A stretch of 64,000 nt of DNA, taken from positions 25,940 to 89,939 of IMG/VR virus record IMGVR_UViG_2906128962_000004; one strand, given 5' to 3'. Of the stretch, positions 28,517-37,847 are shown in pieces. Both the position numbers and the translations under genes were made by a program. The stretch is from a virus (taxonomy: Duplodnaviria > Caudoviricetes). The notes beneath the pieces are model-generated. The model did no database searches, was not told where the DNA came from, and was given only the letters and a program-made list of their open reading frames with translations. The first letter of the stretch is position 1, and each line of letters begins with the position of its first letter.

Positions 28517-29019
28517 TATTCACCCCGGGCAGCTTTAAAAGCAGCTTGCATCAGGTCATACAAGTCGCAGCCATTATTTTCCTGGTACAACTTCTCCCAG
28601 TTATCCCAGTGACGAGCAACGGCCATCCATTCCGGTCCACAGTCGTTCATTTTATAAATAATCCCCTTAAATTCAGGGACAGCCTCGACCATTTTCAGAC
28701 ATCGACCAAAATCATCCGGGTCCCTTGGGTAATTAGGTTCTGGTTGACGTCTTCCCCACCAGTGACCAAAACCCCCGCCACTTAGAATCCAGGCCATGTA
28801 AAGGCTGCTGCTACCGGTTTCGTCACAGTTTAACCACGCCTCAAGCCCCATCTTTGCAGACGCCGGTACATAAGGGCGGCCAAATTCAGCGACAATAATA
28901 TTTGCGGCTTCGATTATCTTGTTGAAGCGATGATCAACGGCAATACCTGGGTGTTGACGGCTCAGTTCATTAGTAATAGCGGTAATCAGATTAATTTGGT
29001 TTATCTGATAACTCTTCAT
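28516..29019 (-). CDS. Hypothetical phage protein
   Basis: 167 aa; DETGSSS...YPRDPDDFGRC motif. Confidence 0.65.
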   Translation of the reverse strand: MKSYQINQINLITAITNELSRQHPGIAVDHRFNKIIEAANIIVAEFGRPYVPASAKMGLEAWLNCDETGSSSLYMAWILSGGGFGHWWGRRQPEPNYPRDPDDFGRCLKMVEAVPEFKGIIYKMNDCGPEWMAVARHWDNWEKLYQENNGCDLYDLMQAAFKAARGE

Positions 29020-29711
29020 AAAGATGTGCTCCTTCGAATGGCCAGAAATTTATTGATGGCCGGGGTTAGTAACTTCTGAAGCGCGGGAGTATTCCTCTCT
29101 GGGCATTGAGATGCCCTCACCTTTTCCATGTATTCTTTCCCGGCTTCGACATCACATTCACTTACGTTGATGTTTTCAGAGCCAACGAGCCAGGACGCAG
29201 ATCGTTTACCTCCGGGGAAATTGAAATAAACCCGATGGCCTTCATCCCATTCCTTATAGGCATGGACATTAGTGATGCCGGGAAACCGGGTTAGTGCGAT
29301 CTGTTTAACCTCAGCTAATTTTTCCGCTGCTTCTACACGTTCCTGTCTCCAGCGTTCTTCCTGGGCCTGATGGTTTTGCTGGCACTCTTTATCGCAAAAG
29401 ATGCTTTGGCCGTCCCAAACACGTTCCTTATGGCCTTCAGCGCTGACCATAGAGCTGCAATATGTGCACTCTTGCCACCAGCCGAACTCTTCAATAAGAA
29501 CTTTCATCGGGACCTTGTGCTCACCAGCGTATTTGTCCAACTCTGGCATCCTGCGACAGGATGTAACCTGGCCGAATTCAATGCCGAGCTCATTAGCCCC
29601 GTTACGACGTGCAACAACATTGCTGCGAGCGAATACCACACATCCGTACTCATCGCCCTGCACGCTGTACGCGAGCAGTGGCTTTTCATCCTCGTGAGAG
29701 TTTGTATCCAT
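29016..29711 (-). CDS. Hypothetical phage protein (Cys motifs)
   Basis: Likely start MDTNSH just downstream of operator at 29724. Confidence 0.65.
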   Translation of the reverse strand: MDTNSHEDEKPLLAYSVQGDEYGCVVFARSNVVARRNGANELGIEFGQVTSCRRMPELDKYAGEHKVPMKVLIEEFGWWQECTYCSSMVSAEGHKERVWDGQSIFCDKECQQNHQAQEERWRQERVEAAEKLAEVKQIALTRFPGITNVHAYKEWDEGHRVYFNFPGGKRSASWLVGSENINVSECDVEAGKEYMEKVRASQCPERNTPALQKLLTPAINKFLAIRRSTSL

Positions 29712-29723
29712 AACATCACCATA

Positions 29724-29740
29724 AATTAGTATTATCTGTA
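29724..29740 (+). promoter_or_regulatory. Putative C1-type operator
   Basis: AATTAGTATTATCTGTA. Confidence 0.75.
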
Positions 29741-29944
29741 ATGATACATGCAGAGTTAACTCGGTATCCATGGTAATTTTTGCGGGAAATGATATTTTTT
29801 TTGAGTGCTTATCGCAGATCAATATTGACGAGGGGCAAACAGTGAAGTGATAGAGGCAATGTTGCTGGCCATGCCATAAGGATATACAAAAAACATACTT
29901 AGTACATCCTTTGGGAATCTATTGTATGCCTTATGTAATCCCAT

Positions 29945-29970
29945 AAAAAAGCCCATCACAAAGGATGGGC
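29945..29970 (-). terminator. Terminator of tRNA cluster
   Basis: GCCCATC/GATGGGC stem plus U6 on minus strand. Confidence 0.7.
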
Positions 29971-29998
29971 AAAGACTACACACAGCAATTCAATGTCG

Positions 29999-30126
29999 TT
30001 GCAGCGCTGGGACTCGAACCCAGATAACGTCCGGCCGGACCGCATGAGATACCCCAGGTTATGATCCTTGGGTAGAGCTCAACTCCCCCTTCAGGGGGCG
30101 CTCTGTTCCAATTAAGCTACACCACA
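29999..30126 (-). ncRNA. Atypical expanded tRNA-like element
   Basis: tRNA-type D-arm (GTAGCTTAATTGGAACAGAGC) and T-arm (CTGGGTTCGAGTCCCAG) around an oversized central region; no CCA. Confidence 0.55.
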
Positions 30127-30285
30127 ACTGGAAGCGCACTTCCAAGTAACAAACCTTCCCCAAAGTTAATAAAAAGGAGTGCGCTTTCATGTTGTGTGCC
30201 GGTTACGGTTCCGGCCAGGCCTCTTCCTCAACGGGGTGTTCTCCATACGGATTACCGTTTATTGGTCGTTCCTGCGGTTATATTG

Positions 30286-30361
30286 TGGTGGCCCCTGCCG
30301 GATTTGAACCGGCGACCTATCGATTATGAGTCGACAGCTCTAACCACTGAGCTAAAGGGCC
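30286..30361 (-). tRNA. tRNA-Ile2 (CAT anticodon, ileX-like)
   Basis: GGCCCTTTAGCTCAGTGGTTAGAGC...CTCATAA...GGTTCAAATCC...GGGGCCACCA, 76 nt. Confidence 0.92.
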
Positions 30362-30483
30362 AAAAGTGCCGGAGCTTATCCCGGCGCGGCCACTCAGGCG
30401 ATTGGTCTACCTGGCCGCTGGCGTCTTCTCATGGATGACAACTAACCCAACCAAACTTGCGTCACGTTTGCACCGTGAAAGCG

Positions 30484-30894
30484 CTACAAGGACTGCCGAC
30501 CTTTTCGCGCCAGCGCTTCGACCATACCCAGACAAAGATCTGCACCAGGCCGGTACTCAGCGCTTAACCCCTCTTCAACAGACTTTTTAAGCTCTGCCAG
30601 AAGTTTATCCATACCATCAGCTTCAAATTGACGAATGGCTTTGGTAGTGGTGGTCGCATGGTTACAACCGCGCACTGCCAAAGACAGCCGTTCCTTAATA
30701 ACCTCCGCACGATCTTCCTTACCGTGCACAATATTCATCACAACTTCAAACAGGGCGAGTAATCCCGCCCCTTCTGCTGCGAGCTCATTACGCTGGCGAA
30801 CGAGCTCATCAATACTTTTATGCACACGCGCCAGCGTATCTTCGATTTGGTTTTTACTAATCATTTCCTGCTCTGCGGGCTTCAACGATAGCAA
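30484..30894 (-). CDS. Hypothetical coiled-coil protein
   Basis: ORF in operon; start uncertain. Confidence 0.55.
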   Translation of the reverse strand: MLSLKPAEQEMISKNQIEDTLARVHKSIDELVRQRNELAAEGAGLLALFEVVMNIVHGKEDRAEVIKERLSLAVRGCNHATTTTKAIRQFEADGMDKLLAELKKSVEEGLSAEYRPGADLCLGMVEALARKGRQSL

Positions 30895-31675
30895 CCTTCT
30901 TAAGGGTGCTGAGGCGGTTTACTTCGCTTTTAGCCGGTTTATGCGGATAGTAAATAAAATTGTCTTTATGAATCCGCTCATCAAAGAAACGAATACGAAA
31001 ACGCTCACCATCACGCCAGGTCAGACGCGGAACAAGGGTTTCGTCAGAGGGGTAATTCACATCGCCGCGTTCAGTGAAAGAACAATACTCATCAGTGATT
31101 CGGCGGGAGTTTATGCCATCGCTTTCAAATAGATGTACGCGGCATTTATTGGTATCAGACTGGTAATGCGCATAGTGCTCAGCAAATTGCTCTTGGGTCG
31201 GACGATCCTGGTAGTGAACATAATACGCTTCCATATCTCCATAACGGTCGAATGGCTCAACGCTGATGCGCCATGGATAACCTTCCATCCAGTACTTGCT
31301 TTTCGACTTAATGAAGTTTTGAACCTTACGCAACGGGACTTCGATACCTGGAATACTGATTTCTTCAATGGATGGCATCGCGGCAATTTTCACCGGTTCT
31401 GATGATGCCTTAGCAACCGGCGTTGCTGGTGTATTAGTTGCGGGTAATTCAGGTGTTACTACGGCCGGTGCGGCTTCGATTGCTACTGCGGGTTGCTCTT
31501 CTGGTGCTGTTTGCGCTCCCGCCTTATTAACCATTGTCCAGAGCGTGAGGAACTGGAAGCCCTCTTCGGATGTGAGCGTTTTGTTCGTCATAATCGCGAA
31601 CATGTTCACTGCACGTTCCATTACATCCAGGGTTGGAGCCTCAAGTTCTGGGGCATACATCTGCTGAGCCATCAT
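30857..31675 (-). CDS. Hypothetical protein
   Basis: 272 aa, downstream of promoter/operator at 31716-31752. Confidence 0.65.
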   Translation of the reverse strand: MMAQQMYAPELEAPTLDVMERAVNMFAIMTNKTLTSEEGFQFLTLWTMVNKAGAQTAPEEQPAVAIEAAPAVVTPELPATNTPATPVAKASSEPVKIAAMPSIEEISIPGIEVPLRKVQNFIKSKSKYWMEGYPWRISVEPFDRYGDMEAYYVHYQDRPTQEQFAEHYAHYQSDTNKCRVHLFESDGINSRRITDEYCSFTERGDVNYPSDETLVPRLTWRDGERFRIRFFDERIHKDNFIYYPHKPAKSEVNRLSTLKKVAIVEARRAGND

Positions 31676-31715
31676 ATGAATATCCTTCGGTTAATCTTTG
31701 TTTTATGCGTCGTTG

Positions 31716-31752
31716 ACTTTAACGCAACGAAAACCAACAGACAATACTAATT
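31716..31752 (-). promoter_or_regulatory. Sigma70 promoter overlapped by C1-type operator
   Basis: TTGTCT-N17-TAAAGT; operator AATTAGTATTGTCTGTT (31736-31752) covers the -35. Confidence 0.75.
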
Positions 31753-31811
31753 GATTGGTTATTTCATTGAAGAATGCCTGCATTTATTCAGCAGGCAATC
31801 AAGTTATCGGC

Positions 31812-33107
31812 TTATTGAAGACCTTGTGGAGGGAAAGAAACGTTTAGTTTGCCGTTCTCTTTTTCCCATTCATCCACCAGCTTACGGCACACTTTATGCA
31901 ACATGGCCGCAGATTTACTGCCGATCCCCTTAACCTTCGCCAGTTCAGGCTCGCTAAACATCAGAACATGCCGCAGATTCTGGAACGGGGTGTCATGGTT
32001 ATGGAGCGCTTTCAAGACGGCGGCCGGGATGCCTTCAACATCTTCCAGGCTGACACTGTTAGCCCAATCAACACGCTTCAGTAAGTGTGGGTGAGTGGTA
32101 GCCATATCATCCCTGTACATCTCCTGCAGGTCTTCGTACATACCTTCTGGCCATACGTCAGCCACCAGCGGATCAATTCGATATTCCGGGCGCAGCCATT
32201 CGTTTAGATGCACTGTCGCGCCAATACCAAGCGTGCAGAGTATGTTATAGGTAAAATCCAACGTGTTCACATAGCGCGGGTAGTCTTCGGGGTCCTGGTG
32301 AATCAGGCTGCCGCGGAAGAAACGATGCATAGTGAAGCGGATCGGCTGGCCATCAGCTTTTTTAGTGTCATAGCAATATTCCGCCGCCTTACCGTTAGCT
32401 CTCTGCATTCTCCGCTGCAGCTCTTCGATTTCATTACGTGCAGATTCAAGGCCAGCCATAAGTACCGAGTTGTTTTTGGACAACTCTGAATTGGTAATGC
32501 GCTGCTGGTTCAGTTTCTGACTCGTACTCTTCAGGGTCTCACGTGTCTCTCGAAGCTCTTTTTTAGCTTCGGCATTTTTCTTTTTGAGCTTATCCGGTTC
32601 CATAATTTCGAGCTCTCTGAGACGGCTCGAAATACGCTTTTCACGCAGGGCATAAGTTTCAACCTGCGACCGTAGCTCTGTAATTTTATTTTTCAGAAGT
32701 TCGTCAGCATGCTCCAGCTGCTGAATCCGAACGACATGATTCTCTACAGCAGTGTCTACTGCTTCCTGAATTTCCTTATCGAGATTTTCGGCACGTCCTG
32801 CGAGGATCTCGTTTTGCTCACGCAATGCGTCGTTATCCAACTGCAGCAGCTTTTGGGCCTCAAGACGCGACTGGGCAAGCTCAAGCGCTTCGTTGTATTG
32901 GTCAATGTCGTCACCGGCTGCGTCGGCAATTTCCTGAGCCAGCATACGAAGACTGTCGATACAGTTCTGGATGTAACGGGTAGACATATCGTCGCCCTTT
33001 ACGCGCTTTATGGCGTAATCGAGCTGGACAATGCTACTTGTGAAGCCCTCATTGATCAGATCAATCAGGTTAGGCGCTTCCTCTTTGATATCGGTATTTA
33101 CGGACAT
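31812..33107 (-). CDS. Coiled-coil protein with C-terminal HhH/RNAP alpha-CTD-like domain
   Basis: Long heptad region; SEPELAKVKGIGSKSAAML. Confidence 0.7.
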   Translation of the reverse strand: MSVNTDIKEEAPNLIDLINEGFTSSIVQLDYAIKRVKGDDMSTRYIQNCIDSLRMLAQEIADAAGDDIDQYNEALELAQSRLEAQKLLQLDNDALREQNEILAGRAENLDKEIQEAVDTAVENHVVRIQQLEHADELLKNKITELRSQVETYALREKRISSRLRELEIMEPDKLKKKNAEAKKELRETRETLKSTSQKLNQQRITNSELSKNNSVLMAGLESARNEIEELQRRMQRANGKAAEYCYDTKKADGQPIRFTMHRFFRGSLIHQDPEDYPRYVNTLDFTYNILCTLGIGATVHLNEWLRPEYRIDPLVADVWPEGMYEDLQEMYRDDMATTHPHLLKRVDWANSVSLEDVEGIPAAVLKALHNHDTPFQNLRHVLMFSEPELAKVKGIGSKSAAMLHKVCRKLVDEWEKENGKLNVSFPPQGLQ

Positions 33108-33119
33108 GGCAATTCCTCG

Positions 33120-33344
33120 TTAAGACAAGCTTTCGGCTTCTTTTACTGTCATTCGGCCCAGATGAGACGCTGACAGGAGCGGTGTATTAGGGGGAAAGTT
33201 CTCTTGCTGGGCAGCGACAGCTATCTCCATGGGTGTTAACCGGCGTTTCTTTCTTTTGCTCTGGTAGATGATGGATTGGAACCCTTTATCTGTGTAAAAA
33301 CAGAGGGACCAGAAGTGATAGCGGCGTTGGAATAATTGAAACAT
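33120..33344 (-). CDS. Small P1-like hypothetical protein (possibly PmgR-like)
   Basis: RRYHFWSLCF...RRLT...SHLGRMTVKEA. Confidence 0.55.
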   Translation of the reverse strand: MFQLFQRRYHFWSLCFYTDKGFQSIIYQSKRKKRRLTPMEIAVAAQQENFPPNTPLLSASHLGRMTVKEAESLS

Positions 33345-33353
33345 GCTAAACCC

Positions 33354-33407
33354 TACAGACCATACTAATTGATTAATGATGATAACGAAAAATTAGTATG
33401 GTTTGTA
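33354..33407. promoter_or_regulatory. Pair of C1-type operators in opposite orientation
   Basis: Minus AATTAGTATGGTCTGTA (33354-33370); plus AATTAGTATGGTTTGTA (33391-33407). Confidence 0.7.
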
Positions 33408-33447
33408 ATGTTATTTGCCTATTTTATTAGATTTATGCCCGGGTTAT

Positions 33448-34158
33448 TTATGATGAAGGTGAGGAATAGTACAGAAATGGCGGTAACCAGGACTCACCGC
33501 AATCATACGGCCGGGGCTGGCCATGGAACACTACAACACCCGCGGTCGCCGGAAGAGAGCCGTTGCCACGAGAATAACGCTCGGTAGCCCACTTACTCTC
33601 ACCAAATTTTGCAATATCTGCTTTGTAGCTTACAAACAGTTCAGGGTAGAGATCCTGCCAGCGTCGGCAATCACCAATAACACCCCGGATAAACCCCTGA
33701 TCCCCCCATTTTGACGTCACTGTACACTCTGCAACATGCCGAGCGGAGTCATTCCAGAAAGTATTCCAGAGCCTCGCTTTTACGTTGTTAGGGATATACA
33801 TGACAGAACTCATCAGGTATTCGGGGTGATAGAAATCAGTGAGCATCACCATGGTGTTGCCGGTAGTCTTCAGCAGTTTGCTAATATTGCCGACGATGAC
33901 TGTATCGAGGTCAAAATAGAGCAGATCGTCAGTAATATCAGGGCGGAAGAGATCTATCTTCGCCCACCAGCCGTGCATACCGCGATAAGAGTTACTCAGT
34001 GGGACACACTCCACACGGTCCATAACAAACGGAGTATCGGTGAAACAGATAATTTTGTAGCCGGTCGGCAGCTGCGCTACCAGAGTTTTAACGTGATCGA
34101 CGGTATAGTCACCACCGGAACGCAGCACCAGGGCTATCGTTAAGCGTTTTTTAGCCAT
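33448..34158 (-). CDS. GT-A fold glycosyltransferase (GT8-like)
   Basis: WWAKIDLF, LYFDLDTVI (DxD), WGDQGFI, VVFHGQPRP. Confidence 0.85.
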   Translation of the reverse strand: MAKKRLTIALVLRSGGDYTVDHVKTLVAQLPTGYKIICFTDTPFVMDRVECVPLSNSYRGMHGWWAKIDLFRPDITDDLLYFDLDTVIVGNISKLLKTTGNTMVMLTDFYHPEYLMSSVMYIPNNVKARLWNTFWNDSARHVAECTVTSKWGDQGFIRGVIGDCRRWQDLYPELFVSYKADIAKFGESKWATERYSRGNGSLPATAGVVVFHGQPRPYDCGESWLPPFLYYSSPSS

Positions 34159-34745
34159 TGTTTTAAGCTCATTTGTGGGATGGAATTCAGTTTCCCGCAC
34201 GAGACAACGTTTATCTGCGGGAGAGCGGAGCGGAACAGTAACGGGAGATGAGATAAGTTATTCGGAATCCCTCCGCTATGTACCCGCGGTTCCTGTGTGG
34301 CATCAACGCCAACAAGAGCGACGTTTTTAAACCCCAGGTGATACGCCAGACCGAGCGCCCCCCAGGCTGAGTTACCGTTGTGGATCTTGGTCTCATCCTC
34401 AGAGAGGGTTTTCTTGGCTGACCACCGCCATAACCACCATTCGGGGCTGCCTTTAATACGCGGCTCAGGTCCCTGCTCCCCTACCCGCTCAAACGAATGA
34501 ACGTGGTTGGTTACCGGCGCACCAGCTGAGCAATAGTGCACGTTACGACGTCGAATGCGCAGCCGACGTATGTTGTCGCGTGATGGGTCTAACGTGAAGA
34601 AATACGAGGCACGTGACAGCCAATCAATAGCGCCATTAACCGCAATAATTGGTACGCCGCGTGGTGGAACAAAACCAGCCGCTGAAGGGCCGGAAGCCAC
34701 GATGATCACCCGATCACCGCCTCGAGGCTTTTTATAGGAAAGCAT
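34140..34745 (-). CDS. Sialyltransferase/MptE-like (DUF115-type) Rossmann protein
   Basis: IVASGPS, IAVNGA, GNSAWGALGLAYHLGFKNVALVGVD. Confidence 0.7.
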   Translation of the reverse strand: MLSYKKPRGGDRVIIVASGPSAAGFVPPRGVPIIAVNGAIDWLSRASYFFTLDPSRDNIRRLRIRRRNVHYCSAGAPVTNHVHSFERVGEQGPEPRIKGSPEWWLWRWSAKKTLSEDETKIHNGNSAWGALGLAYHLGFKNVALVGVDATQEPRVHSGGIPNNLSHLPLLFRSALPQINVVSCGKLNSIPQMSLKQWLKNA

Positions 34746-35251
34746 GTAAGTTCAGTTCTCCGGGAACAGTTGATTATGTCGATATGCGATAGCTCTTCCC
34801 GCACACCGGCGAATTCGCGGTGCCACTTCTTAACACTGAGTTGAGATGGATTACGTAAATTGCCGGTATGGCGCCCGTGAAAATGGACACCCCGGCGTAT
34901 AGAGCAGTCATATCCGATCAGGTAGATATGTTTTGCTCCAAGACTGGCGGCAAACTGAATGGCCATTGAACCAGAATTGAATTCAACCTCTGGCGCGCCA
35001 AAGCGCTGGTATTCGATACCGTAGAGAACGCTTGCCGACCGGGAAGCAGTGCAGCGCCTGATATTCTCAGGAACGCTTTTTCCATAACGACGCCACCAGT
35101 CTTCATCCCCAGCAAACAATGCATACGGCTGTCTGAACATGCTGTATGCGTTGTTAACTGCAACAACTGGGTATCCCCGTTCTTCTATTCGTTCGCAATC
35201 CACTTTTTTCAACGATGGTCCTGAAGCGACACAAAAAACTTCATTAAACAA
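34706..35251 (-). CDS. Sialyltransferase/MptE-like (DUF115-type) protein, paralog
   Basis: CVASGPSL, VAVNNA, NSGSMAIQFAASLGAKHIYLIGYD. Confidence 0.7.
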   Translation of the reverse strand: MFNEVFCVASGPSLKKVDCERIEERGYPVVAVNNAYSMFRQPYALFAGDEDWWRRYGKSVPENIRRCTASRSASVLYGIEYQRFGAPEVEFNSGSMAIQFAASLGAKHIYLIGYDCSIRRGVHFHGRHTGNLRNPSQLSVKKWHREFAGVREELSHIDIINCSRRTELTCFPIKSLEAVIG

Positions 35252-35268
35252 CGTGAGCTCCGTGAAGA

Positions 35269-35502
35269 TCAGGAGGATTGTTTTTCACCACCAGCATCGA
35301 TGGAGATATTCGCTGCAGAGATCTCGATATGTGTCGGGGTCCTGATTTGTACCGGCTTGTCAGACACCACACTTACACGGCCATCGCCGAAAATGGTGAT
35401 GCTACTGCCGTTTGCTTCTACGTGAAGAGCTTCACGCTCAGGCACGCGAACGGTGATTACTTCAATCTCTTCCGGGATATCGAGAACAGGATCTTGAGTC
35501 AT
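35269..35502 (-). CDS. Small beta-rich late protein
   Basis: 77 aa, GAGG RBS, first gene after late promoter. Confidence 0.6.
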   Translation of the reverse strand: MTQDPVLDIPEEIEVITVRVPEREALHVEANGSSITIFGDGRVSVVSDKPVQIRTPTHIEISAANISIDAGGEKQSS

Positions 35503-35565
35503 TAGAACCTCATTAGCAGTGATAGCGGTGCGGTTTACAGCCGCACCGGTTGGATTAATGAGGGA

Positions 35566-35584
35566 ATTAAAACATAAGTTAACT
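35566..35584 (-). promoter_or_regulatory. Lpa-type late promoter for glycosyltransferase cluster
   Basis: AGTTAACTT-atgt-TTTAAT. Confidence 0.55.
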
Positions 35585-35612
35585 CATAAAAATACTAAAC
35601 ATGCGCTTAGTT

Positions 35613-36206
35613 TTACTCTGTCGAAATTGACTGCCCCGGCTCCAGCAACCAGTACCTCAACGTCATCTTCACCATCATTTCCCAGCCAACAACGATCTCA
35701 TAGCAATACCCCTGCTCTCTCAATCGCTGTTGCCACTCCAGTTGTTCTGGTGTTGGTTTCCCTTTGCCAAACTTCAACTCAAGACGAAGGCCATGATATA
35801 CACCGCGGGCGGCATCGAGCGTGGCGTCAGGATAGCCTTTCTTCTGGCCCTCGGCCTTCATGTCAAAACCTACCTTATCCGAACGCGCACCACCATTAGG
35901 CGTAGCGTGCAGGAGATCGTAAATTTCGCGATGTTTCCGATGCATAAAATCGAAGTAACGCACCTGGTCCCAGTGCTCATAGTTACCCTTGAGTAGCTCG
36001 GGCTTGTTCGCCAGCTGCGTCAGCGCTTTTGCATGAACTGACGGAGCAAGATCTTGCTCTAACCGGGCAATCACTGAAGCCATCTTACCCTTTGGTACAC
36101 TGATAATATCGGGTATACCGTCAGAACGCTTTTTCCCTGACTTCTTCAGGCGGCCATTCTTATCCCGACCGGTGGACTCCAGCCAGCGCTCATCAAATCG
36201 AAGCAC
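35613..36206 (-). CDS. VRR-NUC domain nuclease
   Basis: HATPNGG...KKGYPD...LELK...PTPEQLEW; GTG start with GGAG RBS. Confidence 0.85.
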   Translation of the reverse strand: MLRFDERWLESTGRDKNGRLKKSGKKRSDGIPDIISVPKGKMASVIARLEQDLAPSVHAKALTQLANKPELLKGNYEHWDQVRYFDFMHRKHREIYDLLHATPNGGARSDKVGFDMKAEGQKKGYPDATLDAARGVYHGLRLELKFGKGKPTPEQLEWQQRLREQGYCYEIVVGWEMMVKMTLRYWLLEPGQSISTE

Positions 36207-36253
36207 AACTTTTCTCCAGTATGTGAATGTTTCTAATAATATTACTCGCTGCA

Positions 36254-36270
36254 TACATATAGTACTAAAT
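36254..36270 (-). promoter_or_regulatory. Putative C1-type operator
   Basis: Minus strand ATTTAGTACTATATGTA. Confidence 0.5.
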
Positions 36271-36395
36271 AATCGGTAAGTGCAGTACATAGGCAAGATC
36301 ATAACTTGACAATTACTATGTAAATCTATTGCCATAACCACATGAAATTTATAAGTTAATGGTATCGTGCCTATATGTTTACCCAGGATATCACA

Positions 36396-37739
36396 ATGAA
36401 AAAACAGCCAACAGACATAAAAAAAAGTGAAGAAAACGAAAGTTCAGATGTTACAGATAACCAGGATGAACGACGCATTAGTGATGAATTACGTAAACAG
36501 TTGGAAGCATCTGATCCCCAAGGGGCATTGAGTAAAACACTTGGAGAATACCATCGACAAAATAGCTTGAGCGCAATAGTACGCAAACACTCAGAAGAGT
36601 TACACAAAACCCAAACTGAGAAATACGAGCGCATGCGTAAAGAGCTCATTGAAATGCAGAAACAAGGAAGTTTTGGCGCACTGTATAGACAAATTGAGAA
36701 TATCCAGAAACAAGCAGGGCTTGGCGGTTCATTGCATAAACAAATGGAAGAGATCCAGAAAAAAGCTGGTTTTGGTGGACTACTGGAAGGTATTCACAAA
36801 CAGGCTGGTTTAGGTGGATTATTAGAAGGCATTCAGAAGCATGCTAGTTTTGATGGTTTGTTCCATAAACAAATAGAAGAAATTAGTAAACAAACTAGTC
36901 CAGCTTGGTATCTAAGCAACCAAACCAAGAAGATTCTTGAACAAAATAGTTTGGGCAACTTGGTTCGAAAGCAGCTTACTGATATGCAAAAACAATTAAT
37001 TTTCGGTAGTCAATTGCGAGATATATTTGACGTAGAAAAGAAATTATCAGGTTTATATAGTGCCGGTTCACTGCTGAAAGATATACAAAAACAGGCTGGT
37101 CTTTTTGAATCAGTTAATTCTTTAAAACAATTTGAAAATATTTTTAATGCTTACGTTAAGGAGAATAACCCTTCCCTGTCTTACATTATGGAGCTAGGAA
37201 TATCTTCAGTAGCTAAAGCTTACAACGAAGGTGTTTTAGAGACCAGTGATGAAGCAGCAACAAAATCAGATATTAGTTCAGCCTCCACCGAAAATAACGA
37301 TTACGCAAAGTTTCTCAATTTATTTAAAGCACTCCCACAACCTATTCAATTAATTATCTACGGAATACTTTCTCATATTTTTTTAGGCGCTTTCATTGAT
37401 TACGGAAAAGCTAAAGTCTTAGTTGAAATATACAAAGCTGAAACATATATTCAATCCATTTTTGATAAAAAACCAGTTACCAGAACAAATATATTGAAAG
37501 AAAACAAAAATATAGACTGGAAATCACTGAATGATTTTAGAATTATTACGGGTGAGAATGTTCGCCTCCGTGAAAAGCCATCAATGAAAAGTGAAGTTAT
37601 TGAAGTCATTGGAAAAAATACGGTTGTTGCTATTTTGGACAAACGTGGTAGGCAGTGGTTATATGTTCAAGTGCAATCAGGTGATGACCTTATAACAGGC
37701 TGGATTACTCGTACTTATACTAAACCAATCAAAGGCTGA
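36396..37739 (+). CDS. SH3b-domain protein with N-terminal helical repeats (moron-like)
   Basis: C-terminal ITGENVRLREKPSMKSEVI...WLYVQV...GWI; repeats of IQKQAGLGG type; AT-rich, opposite strand. Confidence 0.8.
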   Translation: MKKQPTDIKKSEENESSDVTDNQDERRISDELRKQLEASDPQGALSKTLGEYHRQNSLSAIVRKHSEELHKTQTEKYERMRKELIEMQKQGSFGALYRQIENIQKQAGLGGSLHKQMEEIQKKAGFGGLLEGIHKQAGLGGLLEGIQKHASFDGLFHKQIEEISKQTSPAWYLSNQTKKILEQNSLGNLVRKQLTDMQKQLIFGSQLRDIFDVEKKLSGLYSAGSLLKDIQKQAGLFESVNSLKQFENIFNAYVKENNPSLSYIMELGISSVAKAYNEGVLETSDEAATKSDISSASTENNDYAKFLNLFKALPQPIQLIIYGILSHIFLGAFIDYGKAKVLVEIYKAETYIQSIFDKKPVTRTNILKENKNIDWKSLNDFRIITGENVRLREKPSMKSEVIEVIGKNTVVAILDKRGRQWLYVQVQSGDDLITGWITRTYTKPIKG

Positions 37740-37757
37740 AAACTGCTTTAATTTGAA

Positions 37758-37789
37758 AATAATCCCCATAGTTAGATATGGGGATTATT
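37758..37789. terminator. 13-bp perfect hairpin between convergent genes
   Basis: AATAATCCCCATA/TATGGGGATTATT. Confidence 0.6.
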
Positions 37790-37847
37790 CATATCGTCAA
37801 CACTCAATGACTCATTTTTAGCCACTTTATGTTGCATAACCGCAGTC

